A stretch of DNA of 63,831 nucleotides, the filler included. It is 6 parts of 6 records of this genome, joined end to end, with 100 filler letters (N's around TTAATTAATTAA, not from the genome) between each part and the next. Parts side by side here need not be neighbours in the genome. Positions count along the whole stretch, not along the records: positions 58,803 to 63,831 come from DRR723986_6331; 5 more parts are not named here. One strand, given 5' to 3'. The position numbers and the translations under genes are program-made. Shown in pieces: positions 58,703 to 63,831 of this stretch (within the stretch, counting starts at the first letter, position 1; every line of letters starts with the position of its first letter). The notes below the pieces were generated by a model. It had not been told where the DNA came from. It searched no databases and saw nothing but the letters and a program-made list of their open reading frames with translations.

Positions 58703-58802
58703 NNNNNNNNNNNNNNNNNNNNNNNNNNNNNNNNNNNNNNNNNNNNTTAATTAATTAANNNNNNNNNNNNNNNNNNNNNNNNNNNNNNNNNNNNNNNNNN
58801 NN
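58703..58802. other. Artificial contig-joining spacer
   Basis: N-run + TTAATTAATTAA + N-run. Confidence 0.99.
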
Positions 58803-58818
58803 AGGCTGATTAGTCGCT

Positions 58819-59538
58819 ATGAACCCTGCAATAATATTGGTTCAACCTCAGTTGGGCGAGAATATCGGTAAAACGGCCCGCGCTATGTTAAACTTTGGTT
58901 TGACTGATCTGCGGTTGGTTTCTCCGAGAGACGGTTGGCCTAATCCATCAGCTGGACCATCGGCTTCTGGAGCAGGCAGTGTTTTGGATGCGGCTAAAGT
59001 ATACGAAAGCGTCGCAGATGCAGTAGCCGATTGCCACACTGTGTTTGCTGCAACTGTTCGTGATCGTGACATGCCAAAACCAGTTATGACGCCGGCAGAA
59101 GCGGCTTCAATTGTTGCTGAAAATAACTCGGGTGGCCGAAAAAGTGCTTTTTTGTTTGGCCGTGAGTCTTCTGGTTTATCAAATGATGATGTGTCGCACG
59201 CAGATACAATTCTGACAGTATCGGTTAACCCTGAGTTTGGTAGTTTGAATTTGGCCCAGGCAGTAATATTGGTTGCCTACGAGGTGTTCAACAACACTCA
59301 ATCTGTTAAAGACCTGAGCTCAATAATTACAAGTTCTTTTGCCACAAAAAAGGAAACCGAAGACCTTTTTGAACATTTGGCAGATGAATTGGAGAGTAGG
59401 GGGTATTTTCGTAGCGAAGATCGCCGTTCTAATCAAATACGTGCGCTGCGAAACCTGATTTTAAACGCCAAATTTTCGCCCCAGGAAGTTCAAACGCTTC
59501 GCGGGGTCATTAAATCGCTTTCCAGACCAAAGCGTTAA
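58819..59538 (+). CDS. trmJ: SPOUT RNA methyltransferase, TrmJ/LasT family
   Basis: PQLGENIG..ARAM.NFG, FGRESSGL.N, SLNLAQAV, TLRG. Confidence 0.85.
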   Translation: MNPAIILVQPQLGENIGKTARAMLNFGLTDLRLVSPRDGWPNPSAGPSASGAGSVLDAAKVYESVADAVADCHTVFAATVRDRDMPKPVMTPAEAASIVAENNSGGRKSAFLFGRESSGLSNDDVSHADTILTVSVNPEFGSLNLAQAVILVAYEVFNNTQSVKDLSSIITSSFATKKETEDLFEHLADELESRGYFRSEDRRSNQIRALRNLILNAKFSPQEVQTLRGVIKSLSRPKR

Positions 59539-59612
59539 TCATAGCTTCATTTGACGTTGCTACATAGTTGGTTAAAGTAGACGATCGTAATAGCTGAACG
59601 GAGTAATAAAAT

Positions 59613-60200
59613 ATGTTTGCAGCTTTAGTTGGTGCAATGATGCTTGTTCAGGGGTTGGACGAAACCGGTATTGCGGTCGCAAGGCCAATCGGAAAAGCTA
59701 TTCTTGAGCCTGTGACGGGCAGCTATTTTCAGGTTTTTGAGTTTTATGGCAGGCCGCCACACACATGGCGCCATGCTAGACGAATGGTTAAAGGTTACCG
59801 GCATGAAGACCGTGAAGGGCGCTTGGCATTTGTGCAAACGGGTGCAACGCACTTTTTCCTTGTTTTGAATTTTGAAATGCTTCGCGAACAACGAATGTGG
59901 ATTGGGTTAAGCGCGGAGTGCAATAAGCAGGCAGACCTTATGTGGTTGGACGAGTCACCCTTGGGTGATGGAAGCTTTAGAGCATGGAGCCCCATAGCTC
60001 AAAAAGGCATTCGAGAAGGTTGCGCGCGTCTTGAAGGCACTGGCAAGCGGCTGCCGGTATATTATGACCCAACTGAATTTGGTGTTCGCTGGGAAATTGG
60101 TGCTGAAACCCAAAATATTAAATATATGATGGTTGAGTTTCCTGTGCCGCCTGAGGAAGACAGCGAAACGCCAACTGAAGAAGTGAGCGGCGAGAAATAA
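59613..60200 (+). CDS. Exported protein with a C-type-lectin-like domain pattern
   Basis: SYFQ..., TW..A, GRLA, WIGL, W.D pattern plus two Cys. Confidence 0.5.
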   Translation: MFAALVGAMMLVQGLDETGIAVARPIGKAILEPVTGSYFQVFEFYGRPPHTWRHARRMVKGYRHEDREGRLAFVQTGATHFFLVLNFEMLREQRMWIGLSAECNKQADLMWLDESPLGDGSFRAWSPIAQKGIREGCARLEGTGKRLPVYYDPTEFGVRWEIGAETQNIKYMMVEFPVPPEEDSETPTEEVSGEK

Positions 60201-60220
60201 AGGCGCGAAAATCGCTATAG

Positions 60221-61210
60221 TTATTGGTCAAGTATCTGCGCCATTTCCATTGCAAAATAGGTTAGAATACCGTCTGCGCCTGCGCGCTTGAAAGACAGAA
60301 GTGATTCTGCGATCACTGCTTCCTGCTCTAGCCAGCCATTCTGGCTTGCAGCCATCAACATCGCATACTCCCCAGATACCTGATAAGCAAACGTGGGAAC
60401 GCCGAAAGTGTTTTTAACATCGCGGATAATGTCCAGATAGGGCATTCCAGGTTTAATCATAACACTGTCAGCCCCCTCGTTAATATCTAGCTCCACTTCG
60501 CGTATGGCTTCCAGTCGGTTAGCTGGGTCCATCTGGTAGGTTTTTTTGTCACCAGCCAATACACCGCTGCTGCCAACAGCATCTCTGAATGGACCGTAAA
60601 AGCCCGATGCATATTTGGCTGCATATGCCATAATTTGCACATTGGTATGACCTGCACGGTCTAATTCCTGTCGAATGGCACCGATGCGACCATCCATCAT
60701 ATCTGACGGGGCAATGATGTCGGCGCCAGCACTGGCTTGCAAAACGGCCTGTTGGACTAATATACCAACAGTCTCGTCGTTTAGAATTTTCCCATCTTCA
60801 AGCAAGCCGTCTTGGCCGTGGCTTGTGTAGGGATCTAACGCCACGTCCGCTAAAAGGCCAATACCGGGCACGGCAGATTTTATGGCGGCTAAAGCCCGAT
60901 TAATCAGATTGTCTTTGTTCAGCGCTTCATCACCTCGATCAGAACGCCGATCGGGCTGAGTGGATGGGAAAAGTGCAATGCAGGGAATGCCCATATCGTA
61001 AGCACGCTTTGCCGCGTCCACTGCTTTATCAACGCTTAATCGAGAAACGCCAGGCATTGATTGAACGGGTACCTCTAGGTTCTCACCATCGCAAATAAAA
61101 AGAGGCCAAATTAAATCATTAACAGATACGGACGTTTCCTGGACTATGCGGCGAGACCATTCACTTGCACGTGGTCGACGTAGGCGGGTGTTAGGAAAGG
61201 CTCTTGTCAT
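60221..61210 (-). CDS. hemB: Porphobilinogen synthase (Zn-independent, Asp-rich type)
   Basis: R.RR.R, SMPGV, DVALDPYTSHGQDG, APSDMMDG, FYGPFRDA, YQMD, KPG, YQVSGEY. Confidence 0.97.
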   Translation of the reverse strand: MTRAFPNTRLRRPRASEWSRRIVQETSVSVNDLIWPLFICDGENLEVPVQSMPGVSRLSVDKAVDAAKRAYDMGIPCIALFPSTQPDRRSDRGDEALNKDNLINRALAAIKSAVPGIGLLADVALDPYTSHGQDGLLEDGKILNDETVGILVQQAVLQASAGADIIAPSDMMDGRIGAIRQELDRAGHTNVQIMAYAAKYASGFYGPFRDAVGSSGVLAGDKKTYQMDPANRLEAIREVELDINEGADSVMIKPGMPYLDIIRDVKNTFGVPTFAYQVSGEYAMLMAASQNGWLEQEAVIAESLLSFKRAGADGILTYFAMEMAQILDQ

Positions 61211-61441
61211 GGTGGCGTTCTCATCTGTTTGCATTTTGTACCTGTCAGTCAGCTTATACTGCATGCACTGAAATAGGCGAAAAAGAAATAATTTAGAGAC
61301 AATTTTATCATTAACCAAGCGTTAGGCCTTCTGGAAGACACTGCACTAAACAGATTCGACGAAAAATTGCCTCAAATTGATGAATAGGCATGTGTTCGGC
61401 GATTTACTTGCGGGCAACTACAGGCAAAGGGGCTGCACCTC

Positions 61442-61921
61442 ATGAGTGGATATGATTTTAACGACCCTAAATTTTTATTTCTCGATATTCTTTCTTTAGT
61501 GGAAAGACTGCATAGACGACTATTAGATGTGTTGAAAAATCATCTGGAGCAGATTGGTCGCAATGACTTAAACCCCGTACAAGCCTTGCTGCTGCATAAT
61601 ATAGGCGAGAATGAAATGACCGCGGGTGAACTAAAAACGCGGGGCTATTATCAAGGGTCAAATGTTTCGTATAACTTGAAAAAACTCGTAGAGATGGGGT
61701 ACTTGCGCCATGAACGATCAGACTATGATCGCAGAGCAGTACGCATCTCATTAACTGATATGGGGTATGAAATTCGGGATTTGATTGACCAATTATATGT
61801 GCAGCATATGCAAGAACTCATGAGAGATGACCTGATTTCACATGACGAACTAAAGCACTTGCGTAAAAATCTACGTAATCTTGAGCGGTTCTGGTCAGAT
61901 AAAATTCATTTCGGCCTGTAA
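61442..61921 (+). CDS. MarR-family regulator, LdtR-like
   Basis: VERLHRRLLDV, VQALLL.NIG, TAGEL..RGYY.GSNVSYNLKKL, DRR; divergent from hemB. Confidence 0.88.
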   Translation: MSGYDFNDPKFLFLDILSLVERLHRRLLDVLKNHLEQIGRNDLNPVQALLLHNIGENEMTAGELKTRGYYQGSNVSYNLKKLVEMGYLRHERSDYDRRAVRISLTDMGYEIRDLIDQLYVQHMQELMRDDLISHDELKHLRKNLRNLERFWSDKIHFGL

Positions 61922-62008
61922 AACTTCATGAATGCGATCGGGCATGGAAGGTTCAATGGTTAACAAAGCAACTGTTTTTTAGCTTTGAAGCTATAAAAAA
62001 TAAATCCA

Positions 62009-62028
62009 AAATTGACATGCGACAATTT
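62009..62028. promoter_or_regulatory. Possible FNR/FnrL-type site upstream of hemA
   Basis: AAATTGAC-ATGC-GACAATTT near-palindrome (TTGAC-N4-GACAA). Confidence 0.35.
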
Positions 62029-62132
62029 CGTTTCTGGACGAATCATATAGTTTTGGTTTATCACCTCACGCGTTAGCTTTGGTGTTATAGGCTAATGGTG
62101 TGATTAAGGCCAATTAATCAACGGACTGTCAG

Positions 62133-63350
62133 ATGGATTATGATAAGATTTTTGCAGAAGCAATAAACGCCATTCGAGACGAAGGGCGTTACCGTGTTTT
62201 TGCTGATATATCTCGTGAAAAGGGTAACTTCCCGCGCGCCGAAAGGCATGATGCGGGTGACAATGCCAAGTCGATTACTGTTTGGTGCAGTAATGATTAT
62301 CTGGGCATGGGGCAACACCCTGATGTCTTGGCTGCAATGCATACAGCGCTTGAAGAAACGGGCGCTGGTGCTGGCGGCACCCGTAATATATCAGGCAATA
62401 ATCACTATCATGTTCTTCTGGAGCAAGAACTTGCAGACTTACATAATAAAGAAGCGGCACTTTTATTCACATCCGGATACATTTCCAATGAAGCCACTTT
62501 ATCGACAGTTGCGAAGCTGCTTCCAAACTGTGTAGTTTTTTCTGATGAATTGAATCATGCATCCATGATCCAAGGAATACGCCATAGCGGTGCGCAAAAA
62601 CATATATTCCGGCACAATGATCTGGAGCATCTTGAAGAGTTGCTTATGAAAGTGGACCCTTCGGTTCCAAAAATTATCGCATTTGAATCGGTCTACTCAA
62701 TGGACGGTGATATTGCGCCAATTGGTAAAATTTGTGATCTGGCAGATAAATACGGTGCGATGACATATCTTGATGAAGTTCATGCGGTTGGTATGTACGG
62801 TGACCAAGGGGCGGGAATTGCTGCACGTGACGGTGTTGCCGAGCGCATAACCATCATTGAAGGAACTTTGGGCAAAGCATTTGGTGTTATGGGGGGCTAT
62901 ATTGCCTCTTCTAAAGCCCTTGTTGATGTGGTGCGAAGTTATGCATCCGGTTTTATTTTTACGACAGCATTGAGCCCAGTTCTCGCGGCGGGCGTGCTTG
63001 CCAGCGTTAGGCATTTGAGGGCGAGCTCAATAGAACGTGATACTCAGCAAATGCGAGCAAAAGAGCTCAAAATACGCATGAAAAATGCTGGACTGCCGGT
63101 GATGGAGTCCGTTAGTCATATTGTGCCGCTGCTGATCGGCGACCCCGTATTATGCAAGCAGGTCTCTGATATCCTACTCGACGAATTTGGCATTTATGTT
63201 CAGCCGATTAATTATCCTACAGTACCGAAAGGAACTGAGCGCTTGCGATTTACACCGGGCCCTTTGCATGATGATCAGGCTATGGATGCTCTAATGGATG
63301 CACTTACTGCTGTTTGGGGCCGTCTTAAATTAGCACGTAATGTCGCTTAG
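62133..63350 (+). CDS. hemA: 5-aminolevulinate synthase
   Basis: [55 protein letters not shown]. Confidence 0.97.
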   Translation: MDYDKIFAEAINAIRDEGRYRVFADISREKGNFPRAERHDAGDNAKSITVWCSNDYLGMGQHPDVLAAMHTALEETGAGAGGTRNISGNNHYHVLLEQELADLHNKEAALLFTSGYISNEATLSTVAKLLPNCVVFSDELNHASMIQGIRHSGAQKHIFRHNDLEHLEELLMKVDPSVPKIIAFESVYSMDGDIAPIGKICDLADKYGAMTYLDEVHAVGMYGDQGAGIAARDGVAERITIIEGTLGKAFGVMGGYIASSKALVDVVRSYASGFIFTTALSPVLAAGVLASVRHLRASSIERDTQQMRAKELKIRMKNAGLPVMESVSHIVPLLIGDPVLCKQVSDILLDEFGIYVQPINYPTVPKGTERLRFTPGPLHDDQAMDALMDALTAVWGRLKLARNVA

Positions 63351-63359
63351 CTTTTTTCC

Positions 63360-63575
63360 ATGACTACTCCGCGCAATATAATCATTGAATTCACACCCGT
63401 AGGTAATGCGGTAAAAGTTTCTGCGATTTGCGAAGACACAGGCCAGGAAGTATCAATTGTCGGTGACCCTAACGCTGGAAAAACAGAGCTGGAAAAGTTG
63501 GCGGTTCGCAAGTTAAAATATGTTATGGCCAAGGATGAAAAACCTGAGTCAAACCGGCGCGGTTTTGAGGTTTGA
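63360..63575 (+). CDS. Small conserved alphaproteobacterial protein (DUF6898-like)
   Basis: IIEF..VGN.VKVSAI...TG.EVSIVG...LA.RKL pattern. Confidence 0.65.
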   Translation: MTTPRNIIIEFTPVGNAVKVSAICEDTGQEVSIVGDPNAGKTELEKLAVRKLKYVMAKDEKPESNRRGFEV

Positions 63576-63831
63576 AAATATAATAGGCCATATTTCGCCG
63601 GTTTGTTCACCCCTACACACAATATATTGCATTTTTCGGTGAACTTCGCTTGGGTTGCTCTTGCTAATATGATAAGACCTCAATCGAATTTTCTAGCAAA
63701 AGCACTGTCGGTTAATACGAGGCTTTTGGTGGTTTGGTTTGGGGGAAGCATTTGTCAAACTCTTCTATAGCAATTGCATGTGATCATGGCGGTTTTGAGC
63801 TCAAGGAACTTTTCAAAAAAGTGCTTGATGA

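Noticed and set aside
61292..61325. Weak Irr (ICE)-like and CtrA-like (TTAA-N7-TTAG) sites between hemB and the MarR gene
   Set aside because: Several mismatches in AT-rich DNA; indistinguishable from chance without a matrix scan

Overview
The window is not one locus. It is six unrelated contigs joined by identical 100-nt spacers (N-run + TTAATTAATTAA + N-run) at 8138-8237, 23649-23748, 34012-34111, 45225-45324 and 58703-58802, so synteny across a spacer means nothing. (1) 1-8137, high-GC Rhodobacteraceae-like: glyS, a PPDK-like protein, SleB-type hydrolase, DUF1328, ppx. (2) 8238-23648, Roseobacter-group-like: partial purH, lspA, DUF3035, an M16 peptidase pair, amidohydrolase, SDR, ALDH16-type dehydrogenase, deoC, and a Mur-boxed Mn/Fe ABC transporter. 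(3) 23749-34011, Roseibium/Labrenzia-like: bioMNY-acyl-CoA ligase-thiolase, MocR/LysE, DUF1295/TetR, DUF1127/LysR, partial purU. (4) 34112-45224, taxon uncertain: CNNM protein, TPR lipoprotein-ECF sigma-Ser/Thr kinase-membrane protein, ferritin-like, SUFU, beta-propeller-like protein, then ~800 bp of non-coding DNA holding a repeated promoter-like motif and a strong terminator. (5) 45325-58702, FCB-group-like: T9SS sprA, a stand-alone murE, an M23 peptidase, an SF2 helicase and ~950 bp non-coding. (6) 58803-63831, lower-GC alphaproteobacterium: trmJ-like, hemB, LdtR-type MarR, hemA. Strongest leads: a foreign-codon in-frame cassette inside the essential glyS; a PPDK homologue with a degenerate ATP-grasp site but intact phospho-His and PEP sites; an apparently tandem small RNA/small-peptide unit at 44.7/45.2 kb; the TPR-ECF-kinase module; and a biotin-transporter-linked thiolase lacking its second catalytic Cys. 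All calls and taxonomic guesses come from motif recognition by eye; no database search was run.
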